Below are positions 26,915 to 36,563 of a DNA stretch of 64,000 bases, one piece after another. Made by a program: the position numbers and the translations under genes. The first letter of the stretch is position 1. The number at the start of each line of letters is the position of its first letter. This stretch comes from Chlorobiota bacterium (GTDB lineage Bacteria; Bacteroidota; Ignavibacteria; Kapaibacteriales; HRBIN21): assembly GCA_039630485.1 (NCBI GenBank), contig JBCNUX010000001.1, positions 17,783 to 81,782 of the forward strand, in the 5' to 3' direction. The notes under the pieces are model-generated. The model was not told where the DNA came from. It saw only the letters and a list, made by a program, of their open reading frames with translations, and ran no database searches.

Positions 26915-28237
26915 ATGTTTGAGCGTCTGACCGAGCGTTTCCAGCAAATCCTGCGTCGACTGCGTGGGGTTCGTAGCTTGAGCGCGGCCGAGTTGGAAGA
27001 GCCACTCCAAGAACTCCGCCGTGCTCTCTTGGAAGCGGACGTCCATGTCAGTGTCGTGCGGCAGTTCTTGGAGCGGGTCCGCGAACGAGCGGTTGGGGCG
27101 CAAATACCGCCGATGGTACTACCAGAGCAGTTCCTGCTGAAGCTCGTCTACGAAGAGCTGCTGCAGCTCTTAGGGACGAAGTGGACACCACTACGCTTTG
27201 CCTCGAAACCTCCGACGCGGATTCTGCTTGTAGGTCTCCAAGGGTCTGGCAAGACGACGACAGCAGCCAAGCTCGCACTCTACCTCCGGCGACAGGGCCG
27301 ACATCCCCTGCTGACGTCCGCTGACCTGCGCCGCCCTGCGGCTATTGAACAGTTGGAGCGCTTGGCAGCTCAGGTAAGCGTTGCCTTCTTTCGTCCCGAG
27401 GGGATTGCAGAGCCAGAAAGGGTCGTGGAAGCAGCACTTCACCGGGCACGTCTCGGCGCCCGCGATGTGGTGATTGTAGACACGGCCGGACGGCTAGCCG
27501 TTGATGAGCCTTTGATGCAAGAGTTGGTCCGAATCCGAGGAACCCTGCAGCCTGACGAGGTCCTCTTCGTCGGAGACGCTATGAGCGGCCAGGACATCCT
27601 GCCGACGGCTCAGGCTTTCCATGCTGCTGTCGGCTTGACGGGGATTGTGCTGACAAAGTTAGACGGGGATGCGCGGGGTGGGGCTGCACTCTCTCTGCGG
27701 GCTGCGATTGGAGTTCCGATCAAGTTCTATGGCACTGGCGAGCGCCCCGAGGCGCTCGAACCATTCCATCCCGAGCGGATTGCCTCCCGCATTCTGGGCA
27801 TGGGGGATATTGCGACGCTAGTAGAGCGAGTCCAGCAGCAGTTGACGGAAGCGGCTCCGAAAGCGCAGCCGCGCACGGCGGAGGAGGTCAACTTCGAGAC
27901 GCTCCTGGAATACATCCGCTCCATCCGCCGAATGGGATCATTGACGGAGTTGTTGCAGCTTCTGCCTGGGGCGGCCCAGTGGGCGAAAGGGGTGACCTTG
28001 GATCCCAAGGCCCTGGTCCGAGCGGAAGCGATCATCCTGTCAATGACCCCTGAAGAGCGGCGCAACCCGCACCTGTTGAATGCCTCGCGGCGTCGCCGAA
28101 TTGCCCGTGGTAGTGGCACAACGGTCCAGGAGGTCAATCGTCTTGTTGCGCACCTTGAGCAGATGCGGAAGCTGCTTCAGCAGTGGCAACGCGGGCGCTT
28201 CCCGTTGGGGATGATGGGTAAGTTCCACAAGCTGTGA
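26915..28237 (+). CDS. ffh: signal recognition particle protein
   Basis: N-domain, G-domain LVGLQGSGKTTTAAKLA, DTAGR, and a Met-rich M-domain. Confidence 0.95.
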   Translation: MFERLTERFQQILRRLRGVRSLSAAELEEPLQELRRALLEADVHVSVVRQFLERVRERAVGAQIPPMVLPEQFLLKLVYEELLQLLGTKWTPLRFASKPPTRILLVGLQGSGKTTTAAKLALYLRRQGRHPLLTSADLRRPAAIEQLERLAAQVSVAFFRPEGIAEPERVVEAALHRARLGARDVVIVDTAGRLAVDEPLMQELVRIRGTLQPDEVLFVGDAMSGQDILPTAQAFHAAVGLTGIVLTKLDGDARGGAALSLRAAIGVPIKFYGTGERPEALEPFHPERIASRILGMGDIATLVERVQQQLTEAAPKAQPRTAEEVNFETLLEYIRSIRRMGSLTELLQLLPGAAQWAKGVTLDPKALVRAEAIILSMTPEERRNPHLLNASRRRRIARGSGTTVQEVNRLVAHLEQMRKLLQQWQRGRFPLGMMGKFHKL

Positions 28238-28249
28238 GCACTGCTACCG

Positions 28250-28648
28250 ATGGTAAAGCTCCGACTGCGGCGCCGAGGACGGCGCAACTATGCCTTCTAC
28301 GACATCGTCGCCGCCGATAGTCGTGCCCCCCGTGATGGGCGATTCATAGAGCGGATTGGGTACTATGACCCAAACACGTCGCCTTCTACGATCGTGGTAA
28401 ACCATGAGCGGGCAATCTACTGGTTGGACGTCGGCGCCCGACCGACGCACATTGTGCGGTTGCTCTTGAGTTACGACGGGGTCTTGCTCCGCCGCCGACT
28501 GCTGAAGAGTGGGAAACCACCTGAGGAGGTGGAGCGATTGGTGGCCGAGCATCGAGAACGAGCTCGGCAACGCTACTTCCGCCTCAAGGAGCGACGCAAA
28601 CTGCGTGAGCGGCGCCGGGCAGCGGCTACAGAGGTAGAAGAGCAGTAG
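28250..28648 (+). CDS. rpsP: 30S ribosomal protein S16 (with charged C-terminal extension)
   Basis: [41 protein letters not shown] is the canonical S16 N-terminus. Confidence 0.9.
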   Translation: MVKLRLRRRGRRNYAFYDIVAADSRAPRDGRFIERIGYYDPNTSPSTIVVNHERAIYWLDVGARPTHIVRLLLSYDGVLLRRRLLKSGKPPEEVERLVAEHRERARQRYFRLKERRKLRERRRAAATEVEEQ

Positions 28649-28660
28649 TCTCCAAATGGC

Positions 28661-29449
28661 TTGATGTCAGAGGCCTTCTACATCTACGGACGTCGCTCCA
28701 TTGTGGAGGCGCTACGACAGGCTGGCAGAGTGCAGAAGCTCTACGTGCTCTACGGCGTTGCTGCGGACATCCAGGAGAGAGCACGACGTTCTGGTGTTCC
28801 GGTGTCCGTGCTATCGCGCCAGCGCTTTACAGAGTTGGCGCAAGCTGCGGGTACGACGCTGAAGGAGAGTCAAGGAGTCATTGCGTTGGTCTATCCGCTA
28901 CCGGTGCTGAGTGCCGAGGAGCTTCTCGAACGTGTGGCTCCAACGGCTGAAGGCCTGCTGGTAGCCGTAGACGGCGTGGAGGACCCGCAAAACCTTGGGG
29001 CAATCGCGCGCTGTGCTGAAGCTGCGGGAGCTCAGGGCTTGATCGTACCGCGCCACCGTGCGGCTCCGCTGACCCCTGCTGCGGTAAAGGCGGCTGCAGG
29101 GGCATTCATGCATCTGCCGGTGGCCCACGTGGTGAACTTAGGGGATGTGCTTCGGCGCTTGCAGCGGTTAGGGTGGTGGATTGTGGGCTCTGCCGTAGAA
29201 GGGGAGCGGCTCTGCTGGGAGCCTTTGTACGACCGGCCTGTTGTGCTGGTCGTTGGTGGTGAGCATCGTGGTATGCGTCCGAGCATTCGGGCGTTATGTG
29301 ATCTCATCGTGCGGATTCCGCACCGTGGACGGGTGGAATCCCTCAATGCTGCTGCCGCTGCTGCCGTCCTGCTCTTCGAGATACAGCGCCAACGATACCA
29401 GATCGGTCTCTGGTCCGAGTCGCTGAAGCTCGCCGATGTACCGAATTGA
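28661..29449 (+). CDS. rlmB: 23S rRNA (guanosine-2'-O)-methyltransferase, SpoU/TrmH family (RlmB-like)
   Basis: DPQNLGAIARCAEAAG, VVGGEHRGM and ESLNAAAAAAVLLFE SpoU motifs. Confidence 0.8.
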   Translation: MMSEAFYIYGRRSIVEALRQAGRVQKLYVLYGVAADIQERARRSGVPVSVLSRQRFTELAQAAGTTLKESQGVIALVYPLPVLSAEELLERVAPTAEGLLVAVDGVEDPQNLGAIARCAEAAGAQGLIVPRHRAAPLTPAAVKAAAGAFMHLPVAHVVNLGDVLRRLQRLGWWIVGSAVEGERLCWEPLYDRPVVLVVGGEHRGMRPSIRALCDLIVRIPHRGRVESLNAAAAAAVLLFEIQRQRYQIGLWSESLKLADVPN

Positions 29450-31334
29450 CCAGCGCGATACGGAGGTTTTCGGGTTGCCAGCTTCGATTTGCTACACCTT
29501 CTCCTTTGAGCGGGCCGAGCGTCGCCTCCTGGACTTGCGGATAGAGGCTGAGACCCGCGGGGAGGATGCACTGGAGTTCGTCCTTCCTACCTGGACACCG
29601 GGCAGTTACAAGGTGCGCGAGTTCAGCACCCATTTCACGGTGGAGAATGCGCTAGACGAGCGTGGGCGTATGCTGGAGGTGGAGTGGCGGGCAAAGAACC
29701 GTTTCCGTGTGCTCTGCCCAGGCGCACAGAAGCTCTACCTGAAGGCCGTCTACTTCGCCAACGAGCGCTCCGTTCGGACAACCCACGTGAATCGGTGGTC
29801 GGCTTTCATTATGCCCTCTACCTGCTGCCCCTACGTCGAAGGGCGGCTGCAGGAGCCTTGCCACGTTGTCGTGGAACACGACCCTGCGCGATGGCCTCGG
29901 GTAACGACTCCTCTGGCGCCGGTAGACATCGGATTCCCTCCGCGCTTCGGTGCTGTAACGTACGATGTCCTGGCGGACTCCCCTCTCCAGGTGGGTAGCC
30001 ATCGCGTAGCTGCCTTCACCGTAGGGGACCGGCTCCATGAGGTAGCCATTGTCAGCGATGAGCCAGTTGACGAAGAGTGGCTCCTCCGGTCCGCAGAGCA
30101 GGTCGTCCGTGTTACCGCTGCATTCTGGGGAGGAGAGCTCCCGTATGACCGCTACGTCTTCTTCTTCCACTTCGTTCCCAATGGCTCCGGAGGGCTAGAA
30201 CATGCTCGGGCACACGTCTTGGCAGTAGATCCCGCGGCGTTGCGGGAGATCGCTGGGGTCCACCGGTTCTTACGGCTGCTGTGCCACGAGTTCTTCCACA
30301 CGTGGAACGGGAAGCGTATTCGCCCGGCAGGTCTAGGACCCTTTGACTATGAGCGCGAGCTCTATACGCCGCTACTGTGGCTGGTGGAGGGGGTGACATC
30401 GTACTACGAGGTTCTGCTGGCCTACTGGTGTGGCTTCCTCACTCGGCGTGAGCTTCTGACGCACTTGAGTTGGGAAGTGGAGCAGCTATCCCACGTCCCC
30501 GGGCGCTACTACCTCTCCGTTCGCGATAGTAGCATTCTGGCTTGGGTCAAGCTATACGCCAGGAGCCCTGACGGGCCAAATCGGTTCCCATCGTACTACC
30601 TCAAGGGGGCCCAGATCGCCTGGTTGCTAGATGCCTGGATTATAGCACAGACCCAAGGACAGAAGCGCCTCCAGGATGGCCTACAAGAGCTATGGCGCTG
30701 GACCCGTCAGCAGCCTGAATGTGGGTGGGCCGAAGAGGAGATCGTAGCAGCATTAGAGGCCGGTACAGGTGTCGGTCTCAAGGAGCCCTTAATGGAATGG
30801 CTCACAGAGCGTGGCGAGTTGCCCTACGAGGAGATACTTCCGGCCATTGGGTTGCGGTTATCGTGGGCTAGGGGTGGTGAGCAGGACCGCCTGGTTGGGG
30901 AGAGAAGTGTCTTCGGCCGCATCCCGACAGCTCGCTTCACAGGGCTGACACTTCGCCAAGAAGGCAGCTCGGTCGTTGTAGAAGCGGTAGAGGAGTTCTC
31001 GCCTGCTGCCGCTGCTGGTATTGCCGTTGGCGATGAGTTGATAGCCGTGAATGGTATCCGGCTGCGGACTCCTGGGCAGCTGGAAGCGTTCCTCGGAATG
31101 GCGGAAGGCCCTATTGAGATTCTAGCTGCTAGCGACGGACGACTCTATACAACACAGTTGAACTCAGAGCCTCGCTGCCGTCCGCAGCTAGAGGTGGCTG
31201 CCACTGAAGGCAGTCCTCAGTTCCGCCTCCTGGAGGCATGGCTGCGTAGGCCTCTGCTGAAACCACAGCTGAGTGAAGCTGTCCCCCTTGCCTTATGGTC
31301 CCCATGGGATTCCGAGTGGCGAGAGCTGCCGTAG
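29436..31334 (+). CDS. M61-family glycyl aminopeptidase with C-terminal PDZ domain
   Basis: HEFFHTWNGKRIRP (HExxH) in an M61-like context. The PDZ-like region is GIAVGDELIAVNGIRL. Confidence 0.75.
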   Translation: MYRIDQRDTEVFGLPASICYTFSFERAERRLLDLRIEAETRGEDALEFVLPTWTPGSYKVREFSTHFTVENALDERGRMLEVEWRAKNRFRVLCPGAQKLYLKAVYFANERSVRTTHVNRWSAFIMPSTCCPYVEGRLQEPCHVVVEHDPARWPRVTTPLAPVDIGFPPRFGAVTYDVLADSPLQVGSHRVAAFTVGDRLHEVAIVSDEPVDEEWLLRSAEQVVRVTAAFWGGELPYDRYVFFFHFVPNGSGGLEHARAHVLAVDPAALREIAGVHRFLRLLCHEFFHTWNGKRIRPAGLGPFDYERELYTPLLWLVEGVTSYYEVLLAYWCGFLTRRELLTHLSWEVEQLSHVPGRYYLSVRDSSILAWVKLYARSPDGPNRFPSYYLKGAQIAWLLDAWIIAQTQGQKRLQDGLQELWRWTRQQPECGWAEEEIVAALEAGTGVGLKEPLMEWLTERGELPYEEILPAIGLRLSWARGGEQDRLVGERSVFGRIPTARFTGLTLRQEGSSVVVEAVEEFSPAAAAGIAVGDELIAVNGIRLRTPGQLEAFLGMAEGPIEILAASDGRLYTTQLNSEPRCRPQLEVAATEGSPQFRLLEAWLRRPLLKPQLSEAVPLALWSPWDSEWRELP

Positions 31335-33271
31335 GGGTATTGCTCCTCTGGACCTCCGGCTGCCAACTCTGGTGGAATGCGGAGGCCTACTTCAACACCT
31401 ACTACAACATGCGCCGCCTCATGAGCGAAGTAGAGGAGGAGTTTGGCTACTACGATGAGACGCGTCGAGTGCAGCGTCCGCGTGTCATCGTGCCTGACCC
31501 TGCGATTGTTCCAACGGCACAGACAGGCGAAGTCCCGCCGTTCCTCCAGGGGTTTGTCATTGACCCACCGAAGCTCCAACCGGTCACACGGCAGTTGGAC
31601 TCCATCCTCCAGAAGGGGTCCAAAATTTTGGCCTTCCGTAGTCGGTCGGACTTCGTGGACGATGCTCTGTTCCTGATGGCGCAGGCCTTCTTCTATCGCA
31701 GCGAGTGGCTCCCTGCGCAGATCAAGTGCCAGGAGCTGCTGCAACTGTCGCCGAAGGGGGATTTAGCGCCAGACGCCCAGCTACTGTTGGCGAAGGCATA
31801 CCTAATGCAGCGCAAATTCTCCCTTGGACAGCGGACTTTGTCCCGAGCGATTGATATTGCCTGGCACCGTCGGCGGTACGACGTGCTCAGCGAGGCCTTT
31901 CGGTTGCTTGCGGAACTAGCGCTGAGCCAGGGTGATGTGGAGGCGGCCCTCCGTCCGTATCGTCAGGCGATGTTGTTGGCACCAGACGAGGAGCTACGGG
32001 CTCGCTGGCAGTTTGAGATTGGAGCGATCTACTACCGCCTGGGTCGCTTTGCGGAAGCGGAGGCTGCTTTCGCTGAGGTCCTCCGGCATAGCCCGTCGGT
32101 GGTGGTAGAGTACGAGGCGCAACTCTACCGGGCAGCGGCATTGGCGCGGGTTGGACGCTTTCGAGAAGCAGAGCAACTCTTAACCAAGCTCAAGCAGCGT
32201 CGCCGGTATGAGCAGTGGAATAGCTACACTGTAGCCCAAGAGCTGGCCCTTCGACGCCTCATGAAGGCCTCGGAGGATACCCTGCGGATGCTAGAGCGGC
32301 ATGCAGATTCTGCCTTCCCTGGCAATCCGGCGCTGTTAGCGGTGCAGTACGAACATGCCCTCCAGCTCCTGCGGCAAGGGGACTACCGCCAAGCTCAGCG
32401 GCTCCTCGCTCGTGCCAGCGTGACACGCTCCCCAGTCTTTGCCAAAGCTAGAGACTACAGCGAACTCCTAGCTCGCTGGGAACGGGCTATGGCAACTACG
32501 GCAGTTGCTCGGGGAGCTTCTCCCTCGACTGCCCTCTCGGATAGCCTCCGAGCCAAGCTCAGCGATGCTTTCTACGACTTAGGCCGGGTCCACAGCCGGT
32601 TAGGGAACCAGGACTCGGCACGGTACTACTACGATCGGGCCCTGCACGTAGCCCCGGATACAGGCTTGCAGCGTCCTCGAGCACTCTTCGCACTAGCGTC
32701 GCTGCTTTCTGCTACAGGTCCATCATCGGTGGCAGATTCTCTGCTGGAGGAGCTCGTTGCATGCTGTCCGAAGACGCCGTATGGTCGAGAAGCGCAACTC
32801 CTGCTGGGCTACACGCCGGAGGCGATTGTGGATAGCGCAGCGGAGCTCTACGAGTCGGGCCTGCGTCTGTGGCGGATTGGCGAGCACGCCTTCGCCCGGG
32901 AGCAATGGCGACGAGTCGTCAGCAACTTCTCCACGTCTCCTTCCGCTCCTCAAGCTCTATATGCGTTGGGCTGGAGCTATGAGCATGGTCCCTTCCGGAA
33001 TACCGACAGCGCCTTGATGTACTACCAGCTCCTCGTGGAACGCTATCCCGAGACGGACTACGCTGCTGATGTTCGAACCAGTGTCACATACGCTCGTATG
33101 CACCGTGGGGCTCCACCTTCGGAGATTAGCCAACCGCAGCAACAGGAGCGGCAGTCTCCCCAATCCTCCCCTCCACCGGCTGAGCCAGTCCTGGATTCTG
33201 GAGGAGCACCACCCGTCGTTGTGCCGTCTTTTCCAGCACCCTCTGGGGAGGGAGGAGGCGCTCCACCGTAG
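31304..33271 (+). CDS. TPR-repeat lipoprotein
   Basis: Signal peptide with lipobox LWTSGC. Multiple TPR-like helical repeats are present, and the C-terminus is a Pro/Gly-rich low-complexity tail. Overlaps the 3' end of the M61 gene. Confidence 0.6.
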   Translation: MGFRVARAAVGVLLLWTSGCQLWWNAEAYFNTYYNMRRLMSEVEEEFGYYDETRRVQRPRVIVPDPAIVPTAQTGEVPPFLQGFVIDPPKLQPVTRQLDSILQKGSKILAFRSRSDFVDDALFLMAQAFFYRSEWLPAQIKCQELLQLSPKGDLAPDAQLLLAKAYLMQRKFSLGQRTLSRAIDIAWHRRRYDVLSEAFRLLAELALSQGDVEAALRPYRQAMLLAPDEELRARWQFEIGAIYYRLGRFAEAEAAFAEVLRHSPSVVVEYEAQLYRAAALARVGRFREAEQLLTKLKQRRRYEQWNSYTVAQELALRRLMKASEDTLRMLERHADSAFPGNPALLAVQYEHALQLLRQGDYRQAQRLLARASVTRSPVFAKARDYSELLARWERAMATTAVARGASPSTALSDSLRAKLSDAFYDLGRVHSRLGNQDSARYYYDRALHVAPDTGLQRPRALFALASLLSATGPSSVADSLLEELVACCPKTPYGREAQLLLGYTPEAIVDSAAELYESGLRLWRIGEHAFAREQWRRVVSNFSTSPSAPQALYALGWSYEHGPFRNTDSALMYYQLLVERYPETDYAADVRTSVTYARMHRGAPPSEISQPQQQERQSPQSSPPPAEPVLDSGGAPPVVVPSFPAPSGEGGGAPP

Positions 33272-33400
33272 GCGTGGAAGGCCGTTGCTAAGCTGTTGGA
33301 ATGCAACAAATTGTGCAAACTGTCCTTCGGCCCTTTTTCCTTAAATTGCGGCCCCCAGACATACCAAGCCAGAGGTGGTTGCATCGACCGGAGGAACACC

Positions 33401-33928
33401 ATGCCACTACTGCCGCCAATCAATTTCCAACAGTGGATAGAGGAGCACCGGCACCTACTGAAGCCCCCCGTGGGGAATGCAGTCGTCTACAAAGACAACG
33501 CTGACTTCATCATCATGGTTGTCGGTGGTCCTAACTCTCGCAAGGACTACCACTACGACGAGGGTGAAGAGTTCTTCTACCAGATTGAGGGCGATATCGT
33601 GCTCAAGGTCATCGAAGATGGGAAGCCGAAAGAGATTCCAATCCGACAGGGCGAAATCTTCCTTTTACCCCCCCGTGTACCGCATTCACCACAGCGTCCA
33701 GCTAACACGGTTGGGTTAGTCATTGAGCGCAAGCGCCGTCCGGATGAGCTGGATGGCTTCATGTGGTTCTGCGAGCAGTGTGGAAACAAGTTGTACGAGG
33801 AATTCCTCCACGTGAGCGACATCGTAGAGCAGCTTCCACGGGTCTTTGAGCGCTTCTACAGCTCCGTTGAGCTCCGCACTTGCAAGCAGTGCGGGGCTGT
33901 CATGGAACCACCCCAACCGGCACGCTGA
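33401..33928 (+). CDS. nbaC: 3-hydroxyanthranilate 3,4-dioxygenase (cupin)
   Basis: [26 protein letters not shown], the [11 protein letters not shown] metal site, and a C-terminal CxxC...CxxC rubredoxin-like pair. Start moved to the Met at MPLLPP. Confidence 0.85.
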   Translation: MPLLPPINFQQWIEEHRHLLKPPVGNAVVYKDNADFIIMVVGGPNSRKDYHYDEGEEFFYQIEGDIVLKVIEDGKPKEIPIRQGEIFLLPPRVPHSPQRPANTVGLVIERKRRPDELDGFMWFCEQCGNKLYEEFLHVSDIVEQLPRVFERFYSSVELRTCKQCGAVMEPPQPAR

Positions 33929-34024
33929 AAGACCGCGGGGAAGCTGTCTCCCTTGTGTGCGGGTCCCTGGGTGCAAGGTGCCCGGGGTGCCCGCAGCAAG
34001 GGATGATGGAACGGAGAGAACAGC

Positions 34025-34060
34025 AAGGGGCATCCTCAGTGGGGATGCCCCTTCGTTTTG
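34025..34060 (+). terminator. Rho-independent terminator after 3-hydroxyanthranilate 3,4-dioxygenase gene
   Basis: AAGGGGCATCC-tcagtgg-GGATGCCCCTT stem-loop followed by CGTTTTG. Confidence 0.5.
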
Positions 34061-34101
34061 TGGGGCTGTTCCTTTCCTCGTGCAGTTGGGGGTAGGGAAG
34101 T

Positions 34102-34542
34102 TCAGTCCTCAGGAGGAGGTAGCGGGATTTCTGCGCCCCGGAGAGGGGTAGGAGAATGCCGCAGCTTCGGAGATGACTTTGAGAGCGCCCGGGATGAGAC
34201 AGCCTTCACCTCTGGGACGATCAGCGGGGCAATCGTGGAGACACTCTGGAGAGGGGCTTGGGAGGGTGGTGTCGGAGTTAGTAGATGCCACAGACCTAGT
34301 CCACCACCTAGCAGCCCAAGGGTGACTGCGAGGATGCCAAGAGTTCTACGGAATATCGCCTGCCGTCGTTCATGGCGAATCCGAGTCCAGAGGTTTTGCT
34401 CGAAGGTTTGCGGGACCGGTGCTGTAGGTAACTCTCGTAAGGCGCGGCGCAACCACAGCTCCAGCTCAAACTCCTGTGGTACCGGGACCTCTGGCAGCAA
34501 GTCTTTGAGTCGGTGTGGCTGGCGATGGGTATGTTCTGTCAT
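34102..34542 (-). CDS. anti-sigma factor (single-pass membrane)
   Basis: Translationally coupled downstream of the ECF sigma factor. Central TM helix GILAVTLGLLGGGLGLW. Short cytoplasmic N-domain. Confidence 0.6.
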   Translation of the reverse strand: MTEHTHRQPHRLKDLLPEVPVPQEFELELWLRRALRELPTAPVPQTFEQNLWTRIRHERRQAIFRRTLGILAVTLGLLGGGLGLWHLLTPTPPSQAPLQSVSTIAPLIVPEVKAVSSRALSKSSPKLRHSPTPLRGAEIPLPPPED

Positions 34543-35180
34543 GGCTGTGTCGGAGGTGTACCGTACAGTTCCTCGTAAAGGTCACGGAGCAAGGCCTGTA
34601 GACGTTGACGCGCACGGTTGATGCGCGACTTCACTGTCCCAAGCTCCGTCTGCGTGGCAGCAGCGACTTCCTCGTACGATAGCTCCATGATGTCTCGGAG
34701 CACGATGACTTCTCGGAATGCCGGTGGAAGCTGCATGAGAGCTTGTTGGATTCGCTGAGCAATGTATGAGGAGTCAACCCGGGTGTCAGGCACATAGCTA
34801 GTGTCAGGGATTTCCCACTCCTGTGACTCTTCGTCATCTTGCTGGTTGAGCGAAGATAGGGGAACTATACCATGCCGCTGTTGCTGTTGATAGAAAGTGC
34901 GGGCAACGTTCGTGGCAATTGTGTAAAGCCATGTTGCGAAGCGCTGGTTGCGAACGTACGTGCTCTTATACTTGTACAACCGCAGGAAGGTTTCCTGCGC
35001 TAAGTCAAGGGCGTCGTCGTAGTTGCCAGTGTAGCGGTAGAGGAAATTCACAATTGCAGATTTATAGCGGCGCACCAGAACAGTGTAGGCGGCCTCGGAT
35101 CCCTCCTGCTGGAAGAGCCGCATGAGCTCTTCATCGCTCATTTGCCCAAGGGCTTTGAGCTCACCGGCACGGAGAGCCAT
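34539..35180 (-). CDS. ECF RNA polymerase sigma factor (sigma-70 family, group 4)
   Basis: Region 2 is YDDALDLAQETFLRLYK. Region 4 is LSYEEVAAATQTELGTVKSRINRARQRL. Confidence 0.85.
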   Translation of the reverse strand: MALRAGELKALGQMSDEELMRLFQQEGSEAAYTVLVRRYKSAIVNFLYRYTGNYDDALDLAQETFLRLYKYKSTYVRNQRFATWLYTIATNVARTFYQQQQRHGIVPLSSLNQQDDEESQEWEIPDTSYVPDTRVDSSYIAQRIQQALMQLPPAFREVIVLRDIMELSYEEVAAATQTELGTVKSRINRARQRLQALLRDLYEELYGTPPTQP

Positions 35181-35204
35181 TTGTTTCCCGACGCAAGTGG
35201 GACA

Positions 35205-36563
35205 TCAGGCAAAGAGCTGGACGAGTGCTACCGAGAGCCGGTCTACGCCAATGAGTTCTATGTCCGTGACAGTTGCCTGCAGAGCTCTGGCGGTCATCGC
35301 AGGCAGAACGACCCGCCGGAAGCCAATGCGCTGAACCTCGCGAATGCGCACCTCCGGTAGGCGCACCAGACGCAGTTCACCGGTCAGTCCCAGCTCACCG
35401 AAAATAGCGGTGCCTGGCGGTAAGGGCTGGTCACGGTAGGAGCTCACAATCGCTAATGCCAGAGCGGCGTCGCTGGCGGGATCGCTGAGACGGAGTCCGC
35501 CGACAACATTCGCGAAGAGATCGTACTGCCGGAGTGGAATTCCTAACCGGCGCTCTAAGATGGCCACGATCATCTGCAGGCGACGGTAGTCGTAGCCCGT
35601 GATATTCCGCTGAGGGACAGCGTAATGCGTCGGTGTCACCAGTGCTTGTACCTCGACCAGTAGGGGGCGAGTTCCCTCTACTGCAGCGGCGATTGCGACC
35701 CCCGACTGTCCCGCTGTCCCGTCGCTAAGGAAGAGCTCAGAAGGGTTCAACAGCTCCCGAAGTCCTTCGGCGGTCATCTCAAAGAAGCCCAGTTCGTAGG
35801 TAGGGCCGAATCGGTTCTTGAGCGCTCTCAGGACACGGTAAGTATATCCAACCTCCCCTTCCAGCTGCAAGACTACATCCACGACGTGCTCCAGTACCTT
35901 TGGACCAGCAATCAGTCCTTCTTTGGTGACGTGTCCAACGAGTATGATGACCTTACCGGTCCGTTTTGCTAAGCGCTGTAGGCGAGAAGCAACCTCCCGA
36001 ACTTGAGCAACGGAACCCGGCGGGGATTCCAGCGCCGGGCTGTATACTGTCTGCACGGAGTCAAGAACAACCAGCGTCGCGGGGCTGCGTGCAAGGGCTG
36101 TTTCAATTCGCTCTAGCTCCGTCTCTGAGAGTGCCTCTGTAGTAGAGGGGGAGGGTATGAGGCGCTCGGCACGGAGCCGGAGCTGCTCTAATGACTCTTC
36201 GCCAGAGATGTACAGGGGATGCTGCTCTGCGAGATGGGCACAGACCTGGAGTAGTAGCGTGGACTTGCCGACCCCTGGGTCTCCAGCCAAGAGAACGAGT
36301 GTTCCTGGTACGAAGCCGCCACCGATGACGCGATCTAGCTCTCGGATTCCTGTCGGCAGGCGCTCGACGCTCTGGGAGGCAATGAGACTGAGTGGTAGGG
36401 GCTGTACGAGCTCCATGGAATCGCTGTCCCCTTGGGATGCAGAGGAGACCTCCCGCCGTTCCTCAACGAAGGTCCCCCACTCGCCACAGAAGGGACAGCG
36501 TCCGCTCCAACGGGCGGAGGTCGCGCCGCAGTTCTGGCAGATATAAACAGTACGGACCTTCAC
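35205..36563 (-). CDS. radA: DNA repair protein RadA
   Basis: N-terminal C4 zinc finger YICQNCGATSARWSGRCPFCGEW. RecA-like Walker A is GDPGVGKSTLLLQ. The Lon-like C-terminal domain is present. Confidence 0.9.
   Translation of the reverse strand: MKVRTVYICQNCGATSARWSGRCPFCGEWGTFVEERREVSSASQGDSDSMELVQPLPLSLIASQSVERLPTGIRELDRVIGGGFVPGTLVLLAGDPGVGKSTLLLQVCAHLAEQHPLYISGEESLEQLRLRAERLIPSPSTTEALSETELERIETALARSPATLVVLDSVQTVYSPALESPPGSVAQVREVASRLQRLAKRTGKVIILVGHVTKEGLIAGPKVLEHVVDVVLQLEGEVGYTYRVLRALKNRFGPTYELGFFEMTAEGLRELLNPSELFLSDGTAGQSGVAIAAAVEGTRPLLVEVQALVTPTHYAVPQRNITGYDYRRLQMIVAILERRLGIPLRQYDLFANVVGGLRLSDPASDAALALAIVSSYRDQPLPPGTAIFGELGLTGELRLVRLPEVRIREVQRIGFRRVVLPAMTARALQATVTDIELIGVDRLSVALVQLFA

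Noticed and set aside
26634-27005. N-terminal 124-aa extension of the amidohydrolase ORF, and the 62-aa ORF 26734-26922
   Set aside because: The extension precedes an obvious signal peptide (MAVSLLLLCCSS), so the protein starts there. The 62-aa Arg-rich ORF overlaps the ffh start and has no supporting features.
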